Of a stretch of DNA of 64,000 nt, positions 48,304 to 57,290 are shown in pieces. Position 1 is the first letter of the stretch. Each line of letters opens with the position of its first letter. Under the pieces are notes generated by a model. It was not told the origin of the DNA. It saw only the letters and a list, made by a program, of their open reading frames with translations, and made no database searches. The position numbers and the translations under genes are program-made. Source of the stretch: Candidatus Aminicenantes bacterium. GTDB lineage: Bacteria; Acidobacteriota; Aminicenantia; Aminicenantales; JAFGBC01. The stretch is from NCBI GenBank assembly GCA_963702005.1, contig OY969696.1, positions 1,408,001 to 1,472,000 on the forward strand. The letters run 5' to 3'.

Positions 48304-49851
48304 TTATTCTTGCTTTTTGACCCTGATGTAGACGTCCGAGTAGATCATGGGCTCCGACCCGGTCGTCTCGAGCTGGGCCCGGACGTAGATCCCGATTTCC
48401 CAGTTGAACTCGTCTTTCGTCGGACCAAGATAGGTGACGGCCGCTTCGCCGTTCTCATCCGTCGTCGCGATTTGGGAGCGCGTCCCATTGCCGAACTTGC
48501 CCGGGGCGTTGTTGAGGATGCTGAAGTAGACGCGACGCCCCTTCACCGGCATCGCGCCCAGCTTGGCGGTCGCCCGGATCTCGGACTTGGGACGCGTGCT
48601 CGTGGCGAAGAGGACGTTGGGATTGGCTACGGCGCTGAACGTCAAAGTCTGGAGGTCCTGGAGAATCTGGATGGGAGCGCTGCCTTCGATGAAGTCCTGA
48701 CCCTGGTAGCCGACCGTGCCCCAAATATAGACCGTCAGGCTCGAGGTGATCTCGCTGGCCAGGGGTCCGTAGTAGCGGGTGTGAACCCGGCCCTGGGAGT
48801 CGGTGACCTTCGTGATATAGGTCTGGTTGCCCTCGAAGTAGCCGACGTTCTGCTGGGTCCCCGTCGAGTCGGCGACCTTGAAGGTGACGCTTTTGTTGGC
48901 GATGGGCGCCCCGTTGGGCTTGGTCAGGATGGCCGTGACCGCGGAGTCCTCGCGCGCAGCCCCGGCGACGAGAACGTTGGGGTTGGTCTGTACGGTCAGA
49001 GTCCAGGACGAGACGGGCTCCTGAAGAATCTGAATGGGCGTACTCCCCTCGACGAAGGCCTGGCCTTGGTAATCGGCCGTGCCCCAGATATAGACGGTCT
49101 GGCTCTGGGTGATTTCCTCTGACAGCGGGCTGTAGTAACGGGTCGTGATCATCCCGCGCTCGTCCGTGACCTTCGTGATATAGGTCTTATTGCCCTCGAA
49201 GTAGCCGATGTTGAGCGGGGTCCCGGTGTCGTCGGAGATCTTGAAGGTGATCGATTTGTTGGGGATGGGCGAGCCGTCGGATTTGGTCAGCTGGGCCGCG
49301 ATCTGGGACCGTTCCCTCTCGGTCCCGGCGACAAGGACGTTCGGAGTGGCCGCGACGGCCAAGTACCACGCCTCGAGCGGTTCCTGCAGGATCTGGAGGG
49401 CGACGCGTTCGGTGATGAAATCGGCCGCTTCCCAAGCCGCCCGGACCCAAATATAGATGGCTCCGGTCTGGGTGATCTCCTCGGCCAGGGGGCCGCGGTA
49501 GACGACCTTGACGGTGCCGGTCCCGTCGGTGATCTTGGAGGCGACCCCCTGCTGATCCTCGAAGAAGCCGACGTTGAGCTTATTGCCGTCGGCATCGCCG
49601 ATCTCGAAATAGATCGTCTTATCCGAGAGTGGGGTTCCGTTGTACTTCTTGAGGGTCGCCGTGATGACGGTCGTTCCCCGGGAGCTTCCCGCGTAGATGA
49701 CGTTCGGGTTGGCGGATACCATCAGGAGGGTTGCTACGGAGGAGGGGCCGACCGGTGAAGGGGTCTTGACCGCGTCCCGTTTGCAGGAAGAGACAGCGGC
49801 CACGGCCAACACGATCAGGCCGAGCGTGATAAGAGTCCTTTTCGTGTTCAT
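48304..49851 (-). CDS. Lipoprotein with four tandem Ig-like (Big_1/invasin-type) repeats
   Basis: Lipobox VSSC; ~121-aa repeats (PNV..AG...TD..G...Y.GP); DNA repeat period 363 nt. Confidence 0.85.
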   Translation of the reverse strand: MNTKRTLITLGLIVLAVAAVSSCKRDAVKTPSPVGPSSVATLLMVSANPNVIYAGSSRGTTVITATLKKYNGTPLSDKTIYFEIGDADGNKLNVGFFEDQQGVASKITDGTGTVKVVYRGPLAEEITQTGAIYIWVRAAWEAADFITERVALQILQEPLEAWYLAVAATPNVLVAGTERERSQIAAQLTKSDGSPIPNKSITFKISDDTGTPLNIGYFEGNKTYITKVTDERGMITTRYYSPLSEEITQSQTVYIWGTADYQGQAFVEGSTPIQILQEPVSSWTLTVQTNPNVLVAGAAREDSAVTAILTKPNGAPIANKSVTFKVADSTGTQQNVGYFEGNQTYITKVTDSQGRVHTRYYGPLASEITSSLTVYIWGTVGYQGQDFIEGSAPIQILQDLQTLTFSAVANPNVLFATSTRPKSEIRATAKLGAMPVKGRRVYFSILNNAPGKFGNGTRSQIATTDENGEAAVTYLGPTKDEFNWEIGIYVRAQLETTGSEPMIYSDVYIRVKKQE

Positions 49852-49865
49852 GGTCGTTCTCCTTA

Positions 49866-50465
49866 TTAATCGGCGTAGTCGCCGAAGTAGATGGCCAGGT
49901 ATCCGGTCGCGTGGACGTTCTTGTTCATCATGTCGTGTCCGTAGAAGTCGATCTGGGCCGTGACCTGGAGCACGCCCTCGTACCGCCCGCTGCCCAGGTT
50001 CAAGAGGGGAGGCTCGAGCTTGGCGGCTGCCCGGACCACGAGCAAAGAGAGTGATGTGGTCGAGTCGATCTTGATCAAGGTCGACAGCGAGCCCTCGAAG
50101 GAGTAGGGGACGTCGATCCCCTCGCGGTTCTTGCCGTCGCTCCTGGAATAGCGGACAACATAGCGGTCGACAAGGATGTCGTTGTACTGCGAGGTGCCGA
50201 GAGTGGGGCTGGGGGTGAGAAGTTTGGCCCCTAAAGTCACGGCGGCCGGGTCGGCCGTCACGTAGGCGTTGCCCGTCGTGTCCAATTTAACGACGTCGGA
50301 CTCAAGGTAGTTCGCGACCTTCCCATCCGCTGCAACTCCGCTGATATCCTCGACGATGAGGAGGCTGCTTGATTCGGTCTTGTTCTCGAGCGGATTGCAG
50401 GAGAGGAGGGCGAGACAGCCGAAGACCAAAACCGTTGCCTTTAATCCCATTTTCATGGTTTTCAT
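49866..50465 (-). CDS. Hypothetical beta-rich lipoprotein downstream of pilQ
   Basis: Lipobox LLSC; 15 nt downstream of pilQ; GAGAGG SD. Confidence 0.8.
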   Translation of the reverse strand: MKTMKMGLKATVLVFGCLALLSCNPLENKTESSSLLIVEDISGVAADGKVANYLESDVVKLDTTGNAYVTADPAAVTLGAKLLTPSPTLGTSQYNDILVDRYVVRYSRSDGKNREGIDVPYSFEGSLSTLIKIDSTTSLSLLVVRAAAKLEPPLLNLGSGRYEGVLQVTAQIDFYGHDMMNKNVHATGYLAIYFGDYAD

Positions 50466-50480
50466 GGCACGTTTCCTCTC

Positions 50481-52799
50481 TTATTTCATGATCCGGGGCG
50501 TAATGAAGATGAGCAGCTCCCGGTTCTGCTTCGTCCGGGCTAAAGACCGGAACAAGTTCCCCAGGATGGGGATCTTATTGAGGAAGGGAACGTCGTTCCG
50601 GGTCAGGGAATCCTCCAACCGGTAGATGCCGCCGATGACGGTCGTCCCTCCGTCCGGGACCATGACCGTCGTTTTGGCGCTCTGGGTCGTGATAGGCGGG
50701 ATTCCGTTGACCAGGTTGCCGAAGTCCGCCGCGTTGTTCTTGATGTCCAGGTTCATGATGATCGTGCCTTCGGCCGTGATTTGGGGGGTCGCTTTGAGCT
50801 CGAGGGCGGCGTTGACGTATCTGGTCGAGACCGTGAAGTTGGCCACGGTCTGGACCGGGATCTGCCGGCCCTGGATAATCTCGGCCTCTTGGTTGTTCTG
50901 GGCGGTAACCTTGGGGCAGGAAATGATCTTGCCGTTGCCCGTAGTCTCAAGGGCCGAAAGGGCCAGGTCGAGCCGGAAGGTATCCAGGACGTTGGCGAAG
51001 GAAACCCCGAGGGCGGTGTTGAAGGCTGGAGCCGGCAAGTTGACGGCGTAGCCTCCCAGGGGGCCGCCGATGCCCTTGGTCACGATGCCCGTAGGGATCA
51101 GGGCGCCGTCGGCCAGAACTTTGCTCGGGAACTGGAGGGAAGTCGGGTTTCCGTAGAAGGGGTCGGCAATGCCTTTGAATCCCCATTGGATGCCCAGGTT
51201 GCGGACGAAGGACGCCGTCGCCTCGACGATCCGGGCCTCGATCGAGACCTGGGGTGTGGGCGTGTCGACGACCGAGATGAGCCGCTCGATCAGGTCCAGT
51301 TTGTCCTTGACGTCCGAAATAATGAGAGTGTTCGTCCGGTCATCGGTGATGATCTCGCCGCGCCGGGATTTTTTGGTCTGGAGGAGCTTGAGGACGTCGC
51401 TGGCCTTGGAGTAGGAGAGTCTCACTGTTTTGACCTGGAGGGGGCCGGCCAGCTCTTTGCTCTCCCGGATCTGGCGCTGTTCATCCTCCTCACGGGTCAG
51501 GACGGTGACGGGCGCGATCCGGAGGACGTTGCCCTCGATCGTTTTCCCCATTTTATTGTTGCGGAGGATGATGTCGAGGGCCTGGTCCCAGGGAATGGAA
51601 TCGAGGTCGCAGGTCACGATCCCCCGGACGTCCGGGTCGAAGATGACGTTCAGGTTGGCGAATTCGCCCAGGTAAAGGACGACGTCGCGGAGGTCGGCGT
51701 CCTTAAACTTCATGCTGATGATATCCCCCGTGTATTTCTCTTCCTGGGCCATGATCGTCTGGGGCTTGAACTTATCCTCCTGGTCGGTCTGGGAAGCCGC
51801 TTTATCCACGGTTTGGGCCGGTGCCGGAGGCTGGGATTGCTGGGGGGCGGATGAAACGGGATCGGGGGAGACGGGTTTGGGCTCGGGGCGAGTCTGGGAT
51901 CGTTCGGGGATGGTCACTGCGGGGAGGACGGGCGGCTTCGAGCCGTTCGGCGTCGTCTCCAGCGCGGTCCGGGCAGCCACCGGGGCGGTCGTCATCTGGG
52001 GAGCGGCCTGATTCTTGAGAAAGGCCAGAGTCAGCTCGCGCTCGCCGTTCTGAAGGTCGAAGCGGCCGGGCTCGGAGAGATCGCAAACGAGCCTGGCGAC
52101 CAGGCGGGGATTGCCCTTCTGGAACTGGCCGACTCGAACCCTTTCCAAGCCGTTCCTGTTAACCGGGTAGATATCGCCGCTCCTGCTGTAGCTTGCGTCG
52201 AACAGATCGACGACGAGCCGGGGCGGATTGTCCAGGGCAAATATCTGGGTGGGGACGGGGCCGCTCAACCGGGCCTTAACCAGGACCCGGTCCTCGGACT
52301 CGGCGATGTCGATTCTGTCGAAAAGAACCCGGCCTTCCTTCCGTTCCCGGAGGGCCTGCTGAAGGCTGGGATCGATCCAATAGTCGCTTAGCCCTCTCTG
52401 GATTTTGACCAGTTCGAGGATGGTCGACTTGGGCCCGCTGGCGATCCGGAAGGGAACCCGCTCGCTCAAGGCGACCAGGCAGTGGACTTGGCCGTCGTCG
52501 GTCTTCTCCCACTGGATGCTCTTGATGAACGAAGCTTCCTCGGCCGGGATGGGCGGAGTCTGGAGGACTTGGACCGAACCCAGGTCGAGTACGATCGTCT
52601 GGGGGAGCTCACGGGCATAATAGGCCTTCTGGAGGGGGAGGCTCGCGTCCGTCTCGAAGACGACGCGGGCGGAGAGCTTGCCGGGCTGGACGGAGATCCT
52701 CTGGACGTTGACGCTGGCCGCGCCGGCCTGTGCGGCGAGGTCGATCAGGGCCAGAAGGCAGAAGGCGATCAGGACCTGTCGGCAAATGTTCCTTTTCAT
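50481..52799 (-). CDS. pilQ: Type IV pilus secretin with AMIN domains
   Basis: AMIN (LDNPPRLVVDL), PWDQALD, D.RTNTLII, QVSIEARIVE, VPFL..IPILG.LF, ELLIFITPRI. Confidence 0.96.
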   Translation of the reverse strand: MKRNICRQVLIAFCLLALIDLAAQAGAASVNVQRISVQPGKLSARVVFETDASLPLQKAYYARELPQTIVLDLGSVQVLQTPPIPAEEASFIKSIQWEKTDDGQVHCLVALSERVPFRIASGPKSTILELVKIQRGLSDYWIDPSLQQALRERKEGRVLFDRIDIAESEDRVLVKARLSGPVPTQIFALDNPPRLVVDLFDASYSRSGDIYPVNRNGLERVRVGQFQKGNPRLVARLVCDLSEPGRFDLQNGERELTLAFLKNQAAPQMTTAPVAARTALETTPNGSKPPVLPAVTIPERSQTRPEPKPVSPDPVSSAPQQSQPPAPAQTVDKAASQTDQEDKFKPQTIMAQEEKYTGDIISMKFKDADLRDVVLYLGEFANLNVIFDPDVRGIVTCDLDSIPWDQALDIILRNNKMGKTIEGNVLRIAPVTVLTREEDEQRQIRESKELAGPLQVKTVRLSYSKASDVLKLLQTKKSRRGEIITDDRTNTLIISDVKDKLDLIERLISVVDTPTPQVSIEARIVEATASFVRNLGIQWGFKGIADPFYGNPTSLQFPSKVLADGALIPTGIVTKGIGGPLGGYAVNLPAPAFNTALGVSFANVLDTFRLDLALSALETTGNGKIISCPKVTAQNNQEAEIIQGRQIPVQTVANFTVSTRYVNAALELKATPQITAEGTIIMNLDIKNNAADFGNLVNGIPPITTQSAKTTVMVPDGGTTVIGGIYRLEDSLTRNDVPFLNKIPILGNLFRSLARTKQNRELLIFITPRIMK

Positions 52800-52800
52800 C

Positions 52801-53262
52801 TTAGCGCTCCTCCGCAGCGATTTCCTTGACGATATCCTTCGGTCTCATCAGCGGGATCCCTCGTTCGTTGACCTTCCGGAAGACGACCTGGGTCTCGGAG
52901 ATGGAGAGGATATAGCCGTCCGCGAATCGGGTTCCGGTGTGGACGAATAGGGGAAAGCCCTGGGGGCCGCTGAGGATGGCCGTCAGCTTGCCCCGGGCCT
53001 TGACGATCCCCTTGAGGATGAGATCATCGATGGCCAACTCGTTCATCTCCCCGGAACCCGCCTTCTCCTTGAACTCCTTGCCCGCCAGGAGGTCCTTGAA
53101 GGGATCCCTCCGGCCGGCCGGGTTGTAGAGGGAAGGCTTGGACAGATCCAGCCCCTCGAGCGTAGGCTCTTGAGAACCGGCGGCCGTGGTCTGGGCCATG
53201 ACCAGCCCCGAGGCTAAGGTCAGGAACGCCAAAACCAGCAAGCCGTGGACAATTTTTCTCAT
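52801..53262 (-). CDS. pilP: Type IV pilus assembly protein PilP
   Basis: YNP.GRRDPF, L.GIV...TAIL motifs; lies between pilO and pilQ. Confidence 0.85.
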   Translation of the reverse strand: MRKIVHGLLVLAFLTLASGLVMAQTTAAGSQEPTLEGLDLSKPSLYNPAGRRDPFKDLLAGKEFKEKAGSGEMNELAIDDLILKGIVKARGKLTAILSGPQGFPLFVHTGTRFADGYILSISETQVVFRKVNERGIPLMRPKDIVKEIAAEER

Positions 53263-53855
53263 TTGGCACCCCCCGTCTTGACCGGCGCTTTCTTGGCCGT
53301 CTTTTTGGCCGGGGCCGGCAGCTCCTCGTGGAAGAAATAGGTCTGGGCCGTCCAGGTCGCCGATACGGTCGCCGCCTCCGTTTGCTTGGCCAGGGCCCGG
53401 ATCGTGAAGTTTTCGACGGTGAACAGGCGCGAGAAGCGGCTGAGACGGTCGAAGAATATCGCGAGGTTGTGGTAGGTCCCGGTGATCTCGATCGGGATCT
53501 GCCACTCCGAATGGAATTCCTTGATGACTTCCGGCTTGGGCGTGAACTTGATGATGTTGAGGCGGGAGTCGTAGGCCAGCTGCTGGATCTTCTTGAGGAT
53601 GTCCCCCGATTCCTTCTGGTCGGGGATGATCTGCTGGAGGTCCCTGAGGCGCTGATCGAGGTCGACCAGCTCTTTCTCGATTTTGTCGAGCTGCTGCTTC
53701 TTGACGCGAAGCTTGGAGACTTCATCCTCGATTTTGATCCGTTCCGTCTGGACCTTCTTGAGTTCGCCCGACTTGGGCTTGTAATAGAAAAGGAAGAAGA
53801 GTCCGAAGATGATGACGGCCAGGACGAGATATCCGTACCAGGGCCAATTTTTCAT
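53259..53855 (-). CDS. pilO: Type IV pilus assembly protein PilO
   Basis: TM plus coiled coil, IP...E, PI.I.G.YH.L..FF... Confidence 0.92.
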   Translation of the reverse strand: MKNWPWYGYLVLAVIIFGLFFLFYYKPKSGELKKVQTERIKIEDEVSKLRVKKQQLDKIEKELVDLDQRLRDLQQIIPDQKESGDILKKIQQLAYDSRLNIIKFTPKPEVIKEFHSEWQIPIEITGTYHNLAIFFDRLSRFSRLFTVENFTIRALAKQTEAATVSATWTAQTYFFHEELPAPAKKTAKKAPVKTGGAK

Positions 53856-54517
53856 TTCGTACCCCCTTTGGCGGCGGGCTTCTGGACGGTCGGCGCCGCG
53901 GCCGTCCCGGCCGGGGGCGTCCCCGGCGGAGGTGCGGCCGTTTCCGGTTGAGCGGAGACGTTGGCGGTCAGCAGGAACTCCAGAAACTGGTTGTTCTGGA
54001 CCGTTTTCTGGGTTGAAGACTTGATGTCGACCTTGGCCAGGAAGGGGCTGTTCTCGAGGGCGATCATGTAATCGGCGATCAGGTTGTTGGACAGGGCCTT
54101 TCCTTTGATCGAGACGACCCCCTTGTCGTAGGATGCCTCGGTCAGCCAAACCCATTCAGGGAGGGCCTTGCTGACCTCGTCCATGATGTGGACGATGACC
54201 GCCTGCCGGGCCTGGAGCTCGGTGATGAGGTTGATCTTCTTCTCAAGGTTCGCCTTCTGGGCCTCTATCTCGGCGAGCTTGGTGATGACGTATTGGAGCT
54301 TGTTCTTCTCCTGCTTGGCCTGGCTGAGGAGGTCCGCCTCCCTGTCCAGGGCCCGTTTCTGGACGTAGAAGAGGGCGGCGATTCCGACGACGGCCAGAAG
54401 GATGATGAGATTCCCCGAGGGCGCCTTGCCCTTCTCCTTGGGAATTTCCTGGACGGGCAGGGCCGAGACATCCTTCCATTCCTTTTTTTCGGGTTTGAGA
54501 AGGTTGATTCGGATCAT
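53852..54517 (-). CDS. pilN: Type IV pilus assembly protein PilN
   Basis: MIRINLL, TM, LPE.VWLT. Confidence 0.93.
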   Translation of the reverse strand: MIRINLLKPEKKEWKDVSALPVQEIPKEKGKAPSGNLIILLAVVGIAALFYVQKRALDREADLLSQAKQEKNKLQYVITKLAEIEAQKANLEKKINLITELQARQAVIVHIMDEVSKALPEWVWLTEASYDKGVVSIKGKALSNNLIADYMIALENSPFLAKVDIKSSTQKTVQNNQFLEFLLTANVSAQPETAAPPPGTPPAGTAAAPTVQKPAAKGGTK

Positions 54518-54523
54518 GGTTGG

Positions 54524-55600
54524 TTATTCCGCCTTTCGGGTGGCCAGCCCCACGGCGACCCCGAACAGGGAGGCCATCTCCCTGGCCAGGACGGGATCCA
54601 ACTTTTTCTCATCGTAGGGGATGTTCCGGAAAGAGTTGAAGATCTCCGTCTTGATGCCGAAGCGCTGCTCGAAGGACGGGCTGATGTTCTTGAGGTTGGC
54701 CAGGCCTCCGCTCAAGAAGATCTGCTCGATCTTCCGTTCCCGTTTCTCGGTCGCCTCGTAGAAGGAAAAGGTCTTCTCGATCTCGTCGAGGAGATCCTTG
54801 ATGTTCATGGCCAGGACGGCGTCGAGCTGTTCGGCCTCGACGGCCTTGACGGGGAGGCCCTTGAGGAGCTTCTCGGCGTCGTCGAAGCTTATGTTGAGTT
54901 CCTTACGCATGTTCTCGGTGAAGAACAGGCCGCCCAGCGACAGGTCCCGGAACAGCTGGGGCGTTCCCCGCTCGAGGATGGCGACGTTGATGATGTTGGC
55001 CCCCAGGTTGATGAGGGCGATCGTTTTGCCGTTGAAGCTGTCGGGGTAATTAATCTCGAGGGCGTTCTGTAGGGCGAAAACGTCGACCTCGATCGCGACC
55101 AGGTTTTTGCGGGCCTGGTGGATGACGTTGCTGTAATTGGCGATCTTGTCCTTCTTGGCGGCGACCAGGAGGATGTCCAGGTTCCGCTCCCGGGCTTCTC
55201 CGGCCGGCTTGAGGATGACGTAATCGACGTTCGTCTCCTCGTAGGGATAGGGGATGTTGTGCTTGGCCTCCCAGATGATGGACTCGGCCAGCTCTTCCTT
55301 TTCCATCGCCGGAAGGGAGATCTTCTTGATGATGACGGAGTTTCCCGAGACCGAGATGACGATGTTCTTGGCCCCGATCTTGTTCTCCTCGAAGATCTGA
55401 CGGATCGTCTCGACGACGGCCGTCGAATCGATGATGGTCCCTTCGACGATGGCGTCGTGGGGGAGGAGGGCATAGCCGAGCTTGACGAGACGGTAGCTCT
55501 CATGACCCCCGCGCCGGCGGGTGATCATTTCGACCGCCTTGACCGCGTGGGAGCCGATGTCCAGCCCCACGCAGCTTTTGTCGTGTCCTAGTCCGAACAT
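54524..55600 (-). CDS. pilM: Type IV pilus assembly protein PilM
   Basis: VGLDIGS..VK, actin-like LSGG, AVGLA.R. Confidence 0.94.
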   Translation of the reverse strand: MFGLGHDKSCVGLDIGSHAVKAVEMITRRRGGHESYRLVKLGYALLPHDAIVEGTIIDSTAVVETIRQIFEENKIGAKNIVISVSGNSVIIKKISLPAMEKEELAESIIWEAKHNIPYPYEETNVDYVILKPAGEARERNLDILLVAAKKDKIANYSNVIHQARKNLVAIEVDVFALQNALEINYPDSFNGKTIALINLGANIINVAILERGTPQLFRDLSLGGLFFTENMRKELNISFDDAEKLLKGLPVKAVEAEQLDAVLAMNIKDLLDEIEKTFSFYEATEKRERKIEQIFLSGGLANLKNISPSFEQRFGIKTEIFNSFRNIPYDEKKLDPVLAREMASLFGVAVGLATRKAE

Positions 55601-55613
55601 GTTGGGCCTGCCT

Positions 55614-56132
55614 TTAGACGTATTGCCTCAAACCTTTCGGTTTTCGGGAGATGTCTGTCAAGCGCCGTTCAACGACGGAAGGGACGAGACCCTGGATACA
55701 CCCCCCCAGCAAAAAGACCTCTTTGACCAGGCTCGAGCTGAGGAAAGTGAAATGGAGGCTGGGCATCATGAACAGGGTCTCAATCGCCGGGTCCAGGGTT
55801 CGGTTCATGAGGGCCATCTGGAGCTCAAACTCGAAGTCCGAGACTGCCCGCAAGCCGCGGATGACGGTGTGGATCTTGTTCCGCCGGATAAAGTCCGCCA
55901 GCAGACCGCGGAAAGCCTTGACCTCGATGTTGTCCTGGCGGCGGAAAACCTCGCGGATCATCCGGACCCGGTCCTGGGTAGAGAACAGGGTCTTCTTTTT
56001 GGGGTTCTCGAGGACGGCCACGATGATTTTGTCGAAGATCTTAAGCCCTCTTTGAATAATATCGACGTGCGCGTTGGTCATGGGATCGAATGACCCGGGA
56101 TAGACCGCCCTTTTCTCCATGGCCTGGCTCAC
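55614..56132 (-). CDS. coaD: Phosphopantetheine adenylyltransferase (start GTG 56132 or ATG 56120)
   Basis: YPGSFDP.T..H, RGLR..SDFE.E, SSSLVKE. Confidence 0.96.
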   Translation of the reverse strand: MSQAMEKRAVYPGSFDPMTNAHVDIIQRGLKIFDKIIVAVLENPKKKTLFSTQDRVRMIREVFRRQDNIEVKAFRGLLADFIRRNKIHTVIRGLRAVSDFEFELQMALMNRTLDPAIETLFMMPSLHFTFLSSSLVKEVFLLGGCIQGLVPSVVERRLTDISRKPKGLRQYV

Positions 56133-56239
56133 TCCTGGTCCTCGCGGCCGGCGTCCCGGATCGGCTTGAACCTAACAAAAATTGTCAGTTCATCCATGGG
56201 CGTGACCTTTCTCCACCTGAAAGACGGTCGGTTCGTCAA
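56129..56239 (-). CDS. Possible 36-aa leader ORF coupled to coaD
   Basis: GGAGGAG SD, TTG start, GTGA overlap with coaD. Confidence 0.3.
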   Translation of the reverse strand: MTNRPSFRWRKVTPMDELTIFVRFKPIRDAGREDQE

Positions 56240-56464
56240 GTCTGTCTCTCCTCCGGGCAAGCCCTTTCCAGATACCGGGATAGCCGAACGGTCTTACTAT
56301 AATCCAGGCGGGTATAGAGAGGTCAATCACCCCCCAGGGGGATTTCATGGATGAATTTGAATTTTTTTTTCTCACCTCAAAGGGTTAGGGGATATAATCT
56401 TGCTTTTCCGGTACTTGACAGGGGAGAATTTAGGTTCCATTAATATAGTTATCCGAGCGTAAGC

Positions 56465-57229
56465 ATGAAACGGAAAATCTTACGGCAGTGGGAATGGGGC
56501 GGTTTATGGCTACTCTTGGCCGTTGGGTTAAGTCAGGCGGCGTATAGGGGGTATTTCCTCCAGAAGACCGATGATGAGGCCTTCTACCTCCGCCTCAGGC
56601 AGAGAATGGTCAGCGAACAGCTTGCGGCCAGGGATATCGTGGATGGGCGCGTGCTGGAGGTCATGGGAAGCGTCCCCCGTCACCTTTTCGTGCCTCCGGA
56701 CCTCAGGGGACAGGCCTATGAGGACTACCCCCTGCCGATCGGCGACGGCCAGACCATTTCCCAGCCGTATATCGTCGCCCTGATGACCCAGTGGACCTCC
56801 CTTAAGGGGACGGATAGGGTCCTGGAAGTCGGGACCGGCTCGGGCTATCAGGCAGCCGTTCTTTCCCGGCTCGTGGATCGCGTTTTTTCCGTCGAGATCG
56901 GCAAGGATTTGGCGCTCCAAGCGGCCCGCAGGCTCAAAGACCTGGGCTTTCTCAACGTCGAAGTGAGGTGGGGGGACGGCTATCTGGGTTGGGAAGAGAA
57001 AGCTCCGTTCGACGCCATTCTCGTAACCTGCGCCGCCCGCCTCTTGCCTCCTTCTTTATTCAGTCAGCTCAAAGAAGGGGGGCGCCTGGTCATTCCTCTT
57101 GAAAAGCCCGGCTTCATCCAGATCTTGACTCTGGTCGAAAAATCGGGAGGACGACCCCGCCTCAAACCCATTCTCGAGGTCCGTTTTGTCCCTATGACGG
57201 GCGCTATCGATAAAATCAAGGCCCCTTAG
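56465..57229 (+). CDS. pcm: Protein-L-isoaspartate O-methyltransferase with a hydrophobic N-terminal extension
   Basis: VPRHLF, GQTISQPYIVA, VLEVGTGSGYQAA, APFDAI, VRFVPM. Confidence 0.93.
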   Translation: MKRKILRQWEWGGLWLLLAVGLSQAAYRGYFLQKTDDEAFYLRLRQRMVSEQLAARDIVDGRVLEVMGSVPRHLFVPPDLRGQAYEDYPLPIGDGQTISQPYIVALMTQWTSLKGTDRVLEVGTGSGYQAAVLSRLVDRVFSVEIGKDLALQAARRLKDLGFLNVEVRWGDGYLGWEEKAPFDAILVTCAARLLPPSLFSQLKEGGRLVIPLEKPGFIQILTLVEKSGGRPRLKPILEVRFVPMTGAIDKIKAP

Positions 57230-57290
57230 CCGGGGCGCCTCGCCAAGTTGCATTTCCCCCCTTGATATGCTAATGTCCCTATTAGGTAGG

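Noticed and set aside
48790-49210. Repeated DNA as a diversity-generating retroelement TR/VR pair
   Set aside because: Both copies are in-frame protein domain repeats, the differences do not look adenine-specific, and there is no reverse transcriptase in the window.
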